Part shown: one piece after another, positions 28,932 through 39,459 of the stretch
Layout: every line of letters begins with the position of its first letter
Numbering within the stretch: the first letter of the stretch is position 1
Translations under genes and position numbers: made by a program
Notes under the pieces: generated by a model
Databases searched by the model: none
What the model saw: only the letters and a program-made list of their open reading frames with translations
Told to the model about the DNA's origin: nothing
From: Candidatus Omnitrophota bacterium
Lineage (GTDB): Bacteria > Omnitrophota > Gorgyraeia > Duberdicusellales > 4484-171
Reading direction: 5' to 3'
Assembly (NCBI GenBank): GCA_021735655.1
Contig: JAIPGM010000005.1
Coordinates: 32,001-96,000 of the forward strand
DNA length: 64,000 bases

Positions 28932-29209
28932 GGCGGTTATTATAGCAGATTATCCAATATTATAAAGGGTTTGTTTTAGGCGACGATATTGACTTGGGGA
29001 ACGTAAATTGCTCCTACAAGCCCAATTCAAACTAGATTCCAATCAACCTTTTTATAAACATACTCAAAAACTACCCTGCGACAGGCTAATAGGAAAAAAC
29101 AGAATTAAAAAAATAGCTTTTATTTTACAATTCTTGTCAACTTTTTTAACCTACCCTACGTCTTATATATGTAAAGATTGAAATATCAAGCCTAAAAAAG
29201 GAGGTAGCC

Positions 29210-29599
29210 ATGAAAAACCTAGTTGTTCTGATTCTCATTACTATGATGTCCCTAACCGGTACGGTTAAAGTTTTTGCTAGCGACTGGGATGTTGCTGGTA
29301 AAGTACTAACCGGTATTGCCGGATTAAGAGTTATTACCGGCGGCAAAGTAGATTTAATTGGTGGTATAACTGGTATAAACAAAAACCGCTATGTTTCCAG
29401 TAAAAAATATCGTAATCAAAGTAAAAACCATGAATACTGTCAACAAGAATGGGTTCCCTACTACAGTTGGGAACGAGAATGGATTCCGACCCATAGTGAA
29501 TACAGCAAGAAAAAAGGTGAGATTATTGTCGAAGGCCACTACATTAAATATAAAGTCACCAACAATGGTCATTGGCAAACAAATCACAGATGCAGATAG
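29210..29599 (+). CDS. Small secreted protein of unknown function
   Basis: Strong RBS AAAAAAGGAGG 7 nt upstream. Signal peptide MKNLVVLILITMMSLTGTVKVFA. Gly/Ile-rich N-terminal half and Trp/His/Cys-containing C-terminal half. It is the only plus-strand gene in the first 43 kb. Confidence 0.5.
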   Translation: MKNLVVLILITMMSLTGTVKVFASDWDVAGKVLTGIAGLRVITGGKVDLIGGITGINKNRYVSSKKYRNQSKNHEYCQQEWVPYYSWEREWIPTHSEYSKKKGEIIVEGHYIKYKVTNNGHWQTNHRCR

Positions 29600-29648
29600 A
29601 TCCCTTTTCAACTAAACCAATAAGTCTGATTTAACATCTAGGTAAGAC

Positions 29649-30884
29649 TCATAAGCTATTACCACAAACCCAGCCGGTAGAAAATGCTGCTTGCATATTA
29701 TATCCACCGGTTCCAGCGTCAATATCAATCATCTCGCCGGCAAAATAAAGTCCGGAGATGAGTTTTGACTCCATTGTCTTAGGATTAATTTCTTTTGTGT
29801 TAACGCCGCCCCTGGTAACAACGCCATCTTTAAGTGGCATCACTCCGGTTACAGTTAACCGTAAATCAGATAACCCCTTGACCATCCTCTTTCTCTCCTC
29901 AGCTGTAATTTGACTTGCTGTTTTGCCTGCATCAAGGCAACAATATTGGAAAAATCCATCTATTACCTTATTTGGCAAAAGGTTTTTGAATATATTTTTT
30001 ATAGTCTTTTTGGGGCTAGTGCTGAACTCACTCAAAAACATTGCATCTAACTTTTTATTATCCAGGGTCGGTTTAAAATTAATTCCTAGAGTTACTTTAT
30101 CTGCGGACCTTAAAGCATCATAGATATCGGCGCTAAGATCAAGAACAATTGGACCGGATATCCCAAAATGAGTAAAAAGCATCTCACCAAAACGATGGCT
30201 CATCTCTTTTTTGCCCGAAAAAAGGGTCAAGCGTACATTTTTAAATGCTATCCCCTGCCAAGCTCTGATAAATTTTTCTTTAATCCTCACCGGGACTAAG
30301 GCCGGCTTTAAAACTATGATTTCATGACCAAGCTCCTCTGCCATTCTATATCCATCGCCACTTGAGCCGGTCAAAGGATAGGAAAGACCCCCGGTTGCAA
30401 TCACCACTTTCCTGGCACTAAAAGAGTTATTAGAATTAGTTAAAACTCCCCTAACTGATCCATCTCTAAGCAAAACTTTTTTTACCCGCTGATTAAAAAT
30501 AATTTTAATATTTCTATTTTTTAACCTTGTTTTTAAAGCGCCTAGAACATCTCCGGCTTGATCAGTTTTGGGAAATATTCTTCCGTCATTCTCCACCTTA
30601 AGTTTAAGATTGGAATTTTCAAAAAATGATACTAGTTCAGTGTTAAAGAATTTTGCAAAAGCATTTCTTAAAAAGTTACCGGAAGCAGAAAACTTATCTA
30701 AAAATTCTCTAATCTCACAGGAATTAGTCAGATTGCACCTACTATTTCCTGAAATAAGCAGTTTCTTGCCTGGAGAACTATTTCGTTCAATCAATAAAAC
30801 TTTTCTTTTTCTTTGGGCCGCGCCGATTGCTGCCATCATCCCCGAAGGACCGGCCCCGACTATAATTACATCAAATTCTTCCAT
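29649..30884 (-). CDS. HI0933-family FAD-dependent oxidoreductase (BaiN-like flavoprotein)
   Basis: VIIVGAGPSGMMAAIGAA dinucleotide-binding motif. 411 aa with a typical HI0933-like layout. Confidence 0.75.
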   Translation of the reverse strand: MEEFDVIIVGAGPSGMMAAIGAAQRKRKVLLIERNSSPGKKLLISGNSRCNLTNSCEIREFLDKFSASGNFLRNAFAKFFNTELVSFFENSNLKLKVENDGRIFPKTDQAGDVLGALKTRLKNRNIKIIFNQRVKKVLLRDGSVRGVLTNSNNSFSARKVVIATGGLSYPLTGSSGDGYRMAEELGHEIIVLKPALVPVRIKEKFIRAWQGIAFKNVRLTLFSGKKEMSHRFGEMLFTHFGISGPIVLDLSADIYDALRSADKVTLGINFKPTLDNKKLDAMFLSEFSTSPKKTIKNIFKNLLPNKVIDGFFQYCCLDAGKTASQITAEERKRMVKGLSDLRLTVTGVMPLKDGVVTRGGVNTKEINPKTMESKLISGLYFAGEMIDIDAGTGGYNMQAAFSTGWVCGNSL

Positions 30885-31017
30885 AAAAAATACTCCGAGG
30901 CATTATACTTTCTTAAACACCTCTAGTCAAAAGCAAAACGGTCTGACCCATAAGCCCAGCGCTCGACTGAAGCACTTCATAAAACCACTTATTACTATTT
31001 TAAAAAAAATCGTAAAT

Positions 31018-32934
31018 TTAGGTAAGCATTGCCAGCAGTTGGGAGAGCTTTATCGTAGCTACACCGATCACCGAATCAGCTCCTCCATAATAATTATAAA
31101 TAGTGTTGCCACGACAAATATGGCCGCAAGGAAAAACAACATTGGGAATTTGACCTTCTTTTTCGTATTTTTTTTCCGGGTTAAATATTGCTTCGCTGGT
31201 ACGCGAAAGAACAACCAGAGGGTTTTTAAGATCAAGTAAAGCCGCCCCTAAACTATAATGACAATCTTCAGAAACTCCGTGATAAAATAAAATCCATCCA
31301 GCCTTGGTTTTTATCGGTGGCCCGGCTAAGCCAATTTTTTTACTGTCCCACATTCCATAACGCGGACCCATGAGCCAAAGACCTTTAGCAACCTCCTGTG
31401 GTGCTTTTTCCAAAGAATTCACAAAATCCACACAGATCTGACTATTGATCCGATGAACTATCAAGTATTGACCATTAATCTTTTCAGGAAAAATGCAGGC
31501 ATCTTTATCATCAATCCCCAAAGGAGTAATCAAAACTGGTTTCGTCCAATTCCATTTATGGTTGAGAAAATCTTTCACGCTGATCGAAGAAAGCCCTACC
31601 CGCGGTGGCTCAACTCCGTTATAGGCGGTATAGCACATATATAAAGTATTACCTATTCTAACAATTCGCGGATCTTCACAGCCAGAGTTACCATTAGGAA
31701 CTTTCTTTATCTCACAATCTAAACGCGGCAGGTAAATCGGTTCAGACAACCTCTGAGTAATTGTTAAACCATCCGAACTCATCGCATAACCCAAGGTTGA
31801 AGTATTATCTTCAGACATTGCCCGGTAAACAATATGAATTTTACCATCAAGCTCAATTGCTGCCGGGTTAAAAGTTGCCTTGCTTTCCCAAGGATGTCCG
31901 CTAATCGGAGCAATTATCGGATTCTTCTTATGCCGAACAACGTAGCCAGATTTTGACTTCGGATGAATACTATTAATTAAATCTTTCAGCCTGACCTTAG
32001 CCAAGCAAGAAGTAGTATCGGCGGCGCCGTAAAAAATCCAAAGATCTCCATCGCGAATTAAAGCTCCCGAAGGAAAAATAACATTGTTAATCTGCCCATA
32101 CTTCTCGTAACTTTCTTCCGGAACCAACATCGGATGCCGAGTGCGCCCGATGATCTTTCTAGGATTTTTTGAATCAAGCAGCAAAGCTTCAATACCAAAG
32201 ATCTTATTGGTATCACGATAGTTCTGAATATGCGAATAAATCAACAGCCAACCTTCCTTAATCTTTAAAGGTGCAGCTCCAATTTCAATATGATCCGTAG
32301 CCACTCGACGCACATGAACAATATGTTTATTGAGATTTTTATACCAATCAGCCCAATACAACGAATTCCAAATATCAGCCTCCCGGTCAAACTGGGCTAA
32401 AGCAATTCGAGCCGTACGGTTTAGGTTATCAGTATTTACCGTAAGCAGAACTGTCATCTTACCATTAATTTTTGAAGAAAAAAGAGCCATAGCTTTGGCA
32501 TTAAACGGTGTAACCAAGTGCTTTTCTTCAATCTTCTTAAAATCCCTGGTTATCGCGCAAGCTACTCTGATACCGTCAAAACGAAATGGGTAGACTGACA
32601 ACGCAGTGTAAAAAATATAATATTTACCATTCAGTTGTGTAACTCTTGGGTCTTCACAGCCATACCTCTCCCAATCCAACTCAGGCCTTATCAGCTGGGA
32701 CCGATCGCTATAGTGAATACCGTCTTTACTGACAGCGTGTCCAATCGAGGAAATACGTAAACCATTATTCGGTATTAAGTCCGGCTCAGACATTGCCCGG
32801 TAAACACAATGAATTGTTTCTTTATCGGTTTTACTAACCACCGGAGACCAGTTGAAAGCAGCAAAAGTCTCCCAGAAATGCTGTTGGGTAGGAACTAAGA
32901 CTGGGTTATGTGTTGAACGTCTAACAACGAACAT
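31018..32934 (-). CDS. Tandem two-domain GH130-like glycoside hydrolase/phosphorylase (DUF377 beta-propeller x2)
   Basis: Two internal repeats each carry the NP(V/I)L.P...FNPAA...YRAMSE...YYGGAD family signature. Confidence 0.65.
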   Translation of the reverse strand: MFVVRRSTHNPVLVPTQQHFWETFAAFNWSPVVSKTDKETIHCVYRAMSEPDLIPNNGLRISSIGHAVSKDGIHYSDRSQLIRPELDWERYGCEDPRVTQLNGKYYIFYTALSVYPFRFDGIRVACAITRDFKKIEEKHLVTPFNAKAMALFSSKINGKMTVLLTVNTDNLNRTARIALAQFDREADIWNSLYWADWYKNLNKHIVHVRRVATDHIEIGAAPLKIKEGWLLIYSHIQNYRDTNKIFGIEALLLDSKNPRKIIGRTRHPMLVPEESYEKYGQINNVIFPSGALIRDGDLWIFYGAADTTSCLAKVRLKDLINSIHPKSKSGYVVRHKKNPIIAPISGHPWESKATFNPAAIELDGKIHIVYRAMSEDNTSTLGYAMSSDGLTITQRLSEPIYLPRLDCEIKKVPNGNSGCEDPRIVRIGNTLYMCYTAYNGVEPPRVGLSSISVKDFLNHKWNWTKPVLITPLGIDDKDACIFPEKINGQYLIVHRINSQICVDFVNSLEKAPQEVAKGLWLMGPRYGMWDSKKIGLAGPPIKTKAGWILFYHGVSEDCHYSLGAALLDLKNPLVVLSRTSEAIFNPEKKYEKEGQIPNVVFPCGHICRGNTIYNYYGGADSVIGVATIKLSQLLAMLT

Positions 32935-32965
32935 ATTTAATTTTTATCCTCTTTTGACCTCACTG

Positions 32966-34819
32966 TCAAGAGTAAACTACTTTTCTTAGTTGATAACTGA
33001 CGGCTTTATCTTTTTTAACGCTTTTAATAAGCTGATCAAGCTGAGCAGTAGCACAGCACACCACCCGGTCTCCGCCGCCATAATAAACAAAAAGTTCATC
33101 GCCCAAAACTACGGCCCCGCAAGGATAAACTACTCCCGGTTTTCCTTCATTCTCGTAATGCTCATCGGGCTCAAGTATCGGGTTAGAAGTACGAAAAAGA
33201 ACCTTTGAGGGATCTTTTAAATCCAAAATCATGGCTCCAATCTTATAGCGAGTATCGTCCCGATCATCAACAGCATGGTAGATAACTAACCAACCCTGGC
33301 TGGTCTTAATCGGGGTTGCTCCTACGCTAAGCTTTCGACTATCCCACATGCCCGGTCGAGTAGTGATTTTACCCTTAGTCTCAAGCCAACTACCATCGTC
33401 AAACTTAAGATCATCACGGTAGTCAATCAGAATATGTGGAAAGATTCTGTGAAAAATAACATACTTGCCTTTAACTTTTTCTGGCAGAATACAACCACTT
33501 TTATCAACAACTCCCGGAGGCGAAATTAATTTCGGTTTTTCCCAATTCCATTGCTGGTTAAGAAAATCTTCCCGCTCAATCGTACTTAAAGCAATCCGTG
33601 GATGAGAATAACCGTTGTAAGCAACGTAGGTAAGGTAAACCTTATTATCGATAGCGGTAAGCTTGGGGTCTTCGCAACCACCCCAACCGCAACCGGACTT
33701 ATAAAGATCAATACGTTGAGCCGGTTTCGTATGAACTCCTTCGAAATCTTCACGCGGAACATAAGAGAGGTCTATTGAATCTGGTTCAATGCTAAAACCG
33801 TCTTTGCTTGCAGCATAACCAAAAGAAGATAAACCGCCCTTACTGACTGCCCGATAAAGAATATGAACTTTTCCGTCATCATACAAAGCTGCTGGATTAA
33901 AAGTAGCCTCAGCTTCCCAATCATTTGCCGTGTTAGGAACAATGATCGGATTATTATGAAACCGCTTTAGATTAGCAAAAACTTTTTTGGCCCGAACCGA
34001 AGGAAAAGGTTGATGAATCGTAAGTATGCTAATCTCACCGGTTTTTGAAACAAAATAAACTAAAATTTCTTCTTTATGAAAAACTGCTCCCAAAGGATTT
34101 AATTCCTGACTTCCAATATCCCGTAAATCATCCCAAAGCGGAACTTCTGAGCGCCAAATTAAATTATTCGGATCAGAAAGAGAAAATAAAGCTCCTCCGA
34201 TCTGCAAAGTTTGGCGACCGTTTTGTTTATAAGATGAATCATAAATTACCAACAGCCCACTAGGAGTCAGAGCTGCTGCCAAAACACTTAACGGAGCTTG
34301 ATCAAAACAGCTACTCCTTGGAGCAAGACAAGCGACATCAGAAATTTTCCATTTTTTTAAATCCGAAGAAAACGCAGTCTTGATTGACCCTTGGCCAAAA
34401 TAAATACCATACTTACCATTAAGCTTGTAATTAGAAACTAAAACGCCCCTCTCCTGAACTTTTGATATTTTACCGCTGATCTTAAAACGCTTTAAATCCT
34501 TGGAAGTTGCACCAATCAAGCAATCCGTGGTTTTACCTTTCTGAAGGAAAGTCATAAAATAACCTTTGTCCGATAGCGAAACTGCCAAGTACTGGTAAGA
34601 TTCTATTTTTGCCTTTTGACCAAAGGCGGCAGCTATCTCAACCTTAGTTTTCGCCTGTGTAAAACGCCGACCGGTTTTTCCCTTAGCAAGATAAAGTTCG
34701 GGTTTACCGAGATCAGTTGATTTAAACAAAAGCCCCACCGAATCTTTATCAAACATTACCCCAACTGGAAAAATTGATTTTTGACCCTGGTTTTTTTTGG
34801 TTATTTTCTTCTTAATCAT
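32966..34819 (-). CDS. Paralogous two-domain GH130-like protein
   Basis: C-terminal half carries NPIIVPN...FNPAALYDDGKVHILYRAVS...YYGGGD. The N-terminal half is a diverged propeller. It is adjacent to its paralogue. Confidence 0.6.
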   Translation of the reverse strand: MIKKKITKKNQGQKSIFPVGVMFDKDSVGLLFKSTDLGKPELYLAKGKTGRRFTQAKTKVEIAAAFGQKAKIESYQYLAVSLSDKGYFMTFLQKGKTTDCLIGATSKDLKRFKISGKISKVQERGVLVSNYKLNGKYGIYFGQGSIKTAFSSDLKKWKISDVACLAPRSSCFDQAPLSVLAAALTPSGLLVIYDSSYKQNGRQTLQIGGALFSLSDPNNLIWRSEVPLWDDLRDIGSQELNPLGAVFHKEEILVYFVSKTGEISILTIHQPFPSVRAKKVFANLKRFHNNPIIVPNTANDWEAEATFNPAALYDDGKVHILYRAVSKGGLSSFGYAASKDGFSIEPDSIDLSYVPREDFEGVHTKPAQRIDLYKSGCGWGGCEDPKLTAIDNKVYLTYVAYNGYSHPRIALSTIEREDFLNQQWNWEKPKLISPPGVVDKSGCILPEKVKGKYVIFHRIFPHILIDYRDDLKFDDGSWLETKGKITTRPGMWDSRKLSVGATPIKTSQGWLVIYHAVDDRDDTRYKIGAMILDLKDPSKVLFRTSNPILEPDEHYENEGKPGVVYPCGAVVLGDELFVYYGGGDRVVCCATAQLDQLIKSVKKDKAVSYQLRKVVYS

Positions 34820-34840
34820 TGGATACCTCTTTTTAATAAA

Positions 34841-35200
34841 CTAGCCAGTCCGGTTATACTTATCCTCCAACCTCACGATATCGTTTTCGTCAAAATCGCC
34901 AAAAGAAATCTCTAAAACTTTTATTGATAAATTATCTGCCTGAATTCGATGATTTTGACCCCGAGCGATGAAGAATTCATCGCCCTCCCGGGCATTAAAA
35001 ACATTATCTCCAACAACAATCGTAGCCTCTCCGGAAATAACTTTCCAAAATTCCGAACGTTGACGATGATATTGAAGGCTTAAGGCTTGATGAGGATTAA
35101 CCGTAAGAATTTTAACTGTGCTGGATTGATCATGGGTAAACTGTTCAAATTCCCCCCACGGTTTGGTTTCGGTATGCTTTTTTTCTATGCCCTTCGACAT
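34841..35200 (-). CDS. Cupin-domain protein (mannose-6-phosphate-isomerase-type cupin)
   Basis: Two His-containing cupin motifs (QYHRQRSEFWKVISGEA...EFFIARGQNHRIQ). Start taken at the internal Met, which has a GGGGTG SD-like sequence upstream. Confidence 0.6.
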   Translation of the reverse strand: MSKGIEKKHTETKPWGEFEQFTHDQSSTVKILTVNPHQALSLQYHRQRSEFWKVISGEATIVVGDNVFNAREGDEFFIARGQNHRIQADNLSIKVLEISFGDFDENDIVRLEDKYNRTG

Positions 35201-35536
35201 ACATACACCCCTGCAAGCAGGCACAATAATCCTGCCGACACAACTTTAGTTGCATAACTGCTAACTAATTTTACTTTTTTAACTTGAGACGGGTTGGTAA
35301 ACTTAACTGTTTTACTGAAGCAGTATTATACTCAAAACGCCACCCTTGTCAACTAAAATAATTGTAAAAAATTCTCTAATTTGGTTCCTTTTTCCAAATC
35401 TAATCCGGATTATTTTTTCTACTTTCCAAACATTTCAACGGGGTAAATTGTCGGCATTTCGAAATAAAAAACTTCCTTTACAGTAAAATGTTTACCAAAA
35501 AAATATTTTGATCTGATGATTTATAAATCTTAATGA

Positions 35537-36874
35537 TTAGAGTTTTCTTAAAACAATTCTGGCGGTATTAATCGATAAAACTCCGGCCGCCAAGTTAGCT
35601 ATACATAAACCGACGAATAATCCGGCTAATCCGGCCAAGTAACCGCCAACCAAAGCTAAAGGAATATACAAAACAAGCATTCGAATCAAATTAATTACGA
35701 TAGCCACCAAAGGTTTATTAATGGCGTTAAAGGTCGAAGTTACCAAAAAAGAAGTCCCCCTTAAACCATAGCTTATCGGAATAATCCACAGGTACCATCT
35801 AATATATTTAGCAACCTCTAAATCTTTACCGAAAAGATTTCCTAAGGGTGCGGCCAAAGCCAATAAGAATAAAAAACAACCTAAGCCCCATAAAAGAGAA
35901 AAATTATTGGCCTTTTTTAAAGCTAGCTTTACTCGACTGAAATTATTTGCCCCCCAATTTTGGCCGATAAAAGGAATTAAAGCAGTTGCCAAGGCCATTA
36001 CAACCATAAAAGCAAACATCTCGATCTTTAAGGTAACACCAAGAGCAGCAACTGCGCTTGGTCCAAAACCAGCGACTAAACGCATAATTACTGCCATAGA
36101 CAAAGGCATAATCACACGGGATACTGCCGAAGGAACGCCGATATAAAAAAAATCTTTTGCCGAATTAACCAGCCCTTTAAGTGGTGGCAAAGTAAAATCA
36201 ATTATTTTCTCTTTAAAACGCAAAATTAGTAACGAAAAAACCATCGCAAAGGCCCGGGCAATAACTGTAGCAATAGCTGCTCCCTTCAACTCCCAACGAG
36301 GGAATCCTCCCAAGCCAAAAATCATTAAAGGATCCAAAATAATATTAATCACCGTTGAAATGATCATGATTAAACTAGGGAAAAAGGTATCACCGCAGGC
36401 TCTGATAGCATTATTCCCCACCATCGGAATAACCACAAAAGCCGCACCCAAATACCAAACATACATATATTGTTTAACCAAAACTAAAATTCTCCCTTTG
36501 GCCCCTAATAAACCAAACAACCAATTCATCGAGAATAAACCTAAAACAGAAAAAATAACAACAATGAAAAGTGAAATAAGCAGGCTATCGGTAGTGAGCC
36601 GCTTTACCCGATGTAAATCCCCTCTACCGATAGCCCGAGAAACTATCGAAGAAGTTGCCACACCAAAACCTAAAGACAAACTTAAAATAAGCATAACTAC
36701 CGGGAAGGTAAATCCCATTGCTGCCAGCTCTTCGGTACCCAACCGGGAAACAAAAAAGCTATCAACCAGATTAAATAACACCATCGAAAGCATACCAAAA
36801 ACCATTGGGATGGTAAGTGAGGTTAGCTTTTTAACTACTGAGCCTTGAGTAAGATGATTTTTTTGATTAGCCAT
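35537..36874 (-). CDS. MATE-family multidrug/xenobiotic efflux transporter
   Basis: 445 aa and 12 predicted TM helices with the MATE N-terminal signature LTSLTIPMVFGMLSMVLFNLVDSFFVSRLG. Confidence 0.85.
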   Translation of the reverse strand: MANQKNHLTQGSVVKKLTSLTIPMVFGMLSMVLFNLVDSFFVSRLGTEELAAMGFTFPVVMLILSLSLGFGVATSSIVSRAIGRGDLHRVKRLTTDSLLISLFIVVIFSVLGLFSMNWLFGLLGAKGRILVLVKQYMYVWYLGAAFVVIPMVGNNAIRACGDTFFPSLIMIISTVINIILDPLMIFGLGGFPRWELKGAAIATVIARAFAMVFSLLILRFKEKIIDFTLPPLKGLVNSAKDFFYIGVPSAVSRVIMPLSMAVIMRLVAGFGPSAVAALGVTLKIEMFAFMVVMALATALIPFIGQNWGANNFSRVKLALKKANNFSLLWGLGCFLFLLALAAPLGNLFGKDLEVAKYIRWYLWIIPISYGLRGTSFLVTSTFNAINKPLVAIVINLIRMLVLYIPLALVGGYLAGLAGLFVGLCIANLAAGVLSINTARIVLRKL

Positions 36875-37006
36875 AATAGGGCCTATTATATCACAGCCAG
36901 TCTCTTTTAAAAAAACCCTGACAAAAAGTCAGGGCCTAATTAATAAGAAAAATACTGACTCAAAATTTAGATGACCTTCAAAGAAGGTAAAAATACATAT
37001 AGCTCC

Positions 37007-37855
37007 TTAATTAAAAATCAACCGACTGATCTTTTTCCAATGCCTCGAAACATAATTAGTTGTATAAGTACTGCCAGTATTGGTCCATAAGTATTTATTA
37101 TTAAACATATACTGGGGGTGATAATCTGTAGCTAGGGCTGCTAAGGGATAAGCTTTTAAGTTTTTTATCTTGGCCTTTTCAGTGGCCTCAAGAAGAAATA
37201 CTCCATCGCTATGAAAAATAACCACCCAGGCGTGCATCGCTGTCCCATACCTTCCTAAAACCACTCTGGCATCCAGACCCATCTCAATAAGCCAATCAGC
37301 TAAGAACAAAGAGTGGTCTTCGCAATCACCAATCCCGGTTTCAAAAACTTCTTTTGAAGTCAGCCAAAGGTCGGATAATCCTGTAAATTGGGTCTGATCA
37401 GACTGATACTTTAATCTCATCGTAGTAATATAATGAGGAACCCAATAATCTTCAACCTCAAAAGGTTTCCAACCGATAATAAAGCTATTTACAAAGTGAT
37501 GCCGATGGTCACTACCTAAGGCAGATAATGCAGCTATGTCTTTATTTTCTCCCAATAACCAGCTACGAGGTAATGAAACATCTGACAAAGACATACCCGA
37601 GAAGTATCTTTGGATACTTTCCTCATCAAGGCGAGTATTAGTATTATCAATTAATTCAACGTAAGAAGTCTTTAGGAAAGGCTTACTAACATCAAAAAGG
37701 GAATTCTCCAATGCCTTATTTATTTTATTAGAGTAAAATTCAGATTCCTCCTTAACCTTAACAACATAAGGCTCCGGACTAAAAAACCTCATTAGCAAAG
37801 AGCTAGTAACCAAAAATAGTATTGCAACGATAAATGGCTTCGCCGAAGATTTCAC
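37007..37855 (-). CDS. Transglutaminase-like cysteine protease-fold protein, membrane-anchored or secreted
   Basis: N-terminal hydrophobic anchor. Catalytic-triad-like GIGDCEDHSLF...HAWVVIF...D is present. Confidence 0.65.
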   Translation of the reverse strand: MKSSAKPFIVAILFLVTSSLLMRFFSPEPYVVKVKEESEFYSNKINKALENSLFDVSKPFLKTSYVELIDNTNTRLDEESIQRYFSGMSLSDVSLPRSWLLGENKDIAALSALGSDHRHHFVNSFIIGWKPFEVEDYWVPHYITTMRLKYQSDQTQFTGLSDLWLTSKEVFETGIGDCEDHSLFLADWLIEMGLDARVVLGRYGTAMHAWVVIFHSDGVFLLEATEKAKIKNLKAYPLAALATDYHPQYMFNNKYLWTNTGSTYTTNYVSRHWKKISRLIFN

Positions 37856-37856
37856 T

Positions 37857-38087
37857 TTAAATCTTTAAGCCAAACGAAATAATTAACGCTACAAAAATAA
37901 GGGCTGTAGAAGCAAATATAGCTACTGAGATATTGTTTTTCTTAAGCTCTTCTTGAATCTCAAGCTTAGTTAAAAGATACTTATCTATTATCTTTAAAGC
38001 AACAATGCCGATAGTAAAGGCAACCAAGGTATTAAATATACTTACTCCTAAATTAAAAAATACTGCCCTCAAAAAACTAAAATTCAT
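37857..38087 (-). CDS. Small two-TM membrane protein (DUF350-like)
   Basis: 76 aa with two hydrophobic helices. The start lies 2 nt from the transglutaminase-like gene stop. Confidence 0.45.
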   Translation of the reverse strand: MNFSFLRAVFFNLGVSIFNTLVAFTIGIVALKIIDKYLLTKLEIQEELKKNNISVAIFASTALIFVALIISFGLKI

Positions 38088-38251
38088 ATCCTACCTCCCT
38101 TTTGTAACGACTTATCCCTGTTCAAAAATCGCAAAAACAAGTAAACATAAAAACTAGCTATCCGATTTAGGTCTATTCAAACTACATTATACCAATAATT
38201 ATCCTTCACTCAATGGTTAGAATTTCCAAAATTTATTACAAAGATATAAAA

Positions 38252-39265
38252 TTAGTTAACCACGATTCCTTTCTCTCCTAATAATTCTTTAGCCGAGTCC
38301 CTATAACAAGTGTCATCATTAGCGCCCATTGCGACTGCTTTCTTGTAAGTTGCCTCAGCTAAATATAATTTGCCCATTCTTGTATAGGTCCAAGATAATT
38401 CATAAAGAGTTGTCGACCTCGGATAAAGTTTTAACGAATATAAATAATCTTTTTCTGCTTTTTCGTATTCTCCATCTCGATAGTGAAAACCGGCATTAAT
38501 TTCCCATGCTCTCCAGGAATTAGGATACAAAAATAACGCTTTCTTTATGATTTTCTTCCCTTCCTCAGGATGAACCTGCAATTGTTCGCAAAAACGCGCA
38601 ACGATAAGCATCGGTTCGAGTTCATTATCTGCCACCTCTACGGATCTTGCATAAGCTTGGAAAGCTTCTTCATTGTTATTGTTATAACGATGAATTAAAG
38701 CGATATTATGATAAGGCATCCAATTTGTGGGATTATGCAATATCTCTAACTCAAACTCCTTTTGTGCGACTTGGTAGTTTTTATCAATTTCCATATAGAC
38801 GCTGCCGATACTATTATGAACATTCAATAAGCGGGTATTAATTTTTTCAGCTTGCAAATAATAATCTAAGGCTTTTGACAAATCTTTTTCTGCTAAGAAT
38901 GTATCACCTATCAAATTCAGTACCTCGGCGTCTCTCTTGTCAATTTCCAACATTTTTAAAGCACTACTCCTTGCCATACTATAATCATTTTCAGCCATAA
39001 AAAGATCATAGGCTTTAATTAGAAACTTTTTATCATAGCTTTTAGTTGCAGTTTTGGTTTCTAAGTCATAAATCAGTGGTTGCACCCAATCTTTATTGCT
39101 GGAAAAATCCGGTAAAGGCACATAATAAGGTTTAAGGAGTATCGGCTTAAGAATAATATCATTACAAGACTTAAAGGAAAGGCCAATCGGACTGATGCCG
39201 ATTTGAGCAAAAGAATTAATACTAATAAAAGTAAAAATGAGCAACAAATTAAAAAATTTCCGCAC
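38252..39265 (-). CDS. Secreted TPR-repeat protein
   Basis: Signal peptide MRKFFNLLLIFTFISINSFA. Multiple 34-aa TPR-like repeats with W/Y/A periodicity. Confidence 0.65.
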   Translation of the reverse strand: MRKFFNLLLIFTFISINSFAQIGISPIGLSFKSCNDIILKPILLKPYYVPLPDFSSNKDWVQPLIYDLETKTATKSYDKKFLIKAYDLFMAENDYSMARSSALKMLEIDKRDAEVLNLIGDTFLAEKDLSKALDYYLQAEKINTRLLNVHNSIGSVYMEIDKNYQVAQKEFELEILHNPTNWMPYHNIALIHRYNNNNEEAFQAYARSVEVADNELEPMLIVARFCEQLQVHPEEGKKIIKKALFLYPNSWRAWEINAGFHYRDGEYEKAEKDYLYSLKLYPRSTTLYELSWTYTRMGKLYLAEATYKKAVAMGANDDTCYRDSAKELLGEKGIVVN

Positions 39266-39459
39266 AGCTTCTTCTCCTTTTATAGTCTCACTTTATCAAA
39301 AAATCCATTAGTGTCAATATTTCGAAAAAATCTGATCAAAAATAGCAGACCAACAGGTTTGTAAATAAAGACGAGCTTCCCGGCGAGGACTGATTTTGCA
39401 ACTTTTTGATATTTAATACTATCAAATACTGGATATAATTTTTGCACCAATCGGGTAAG

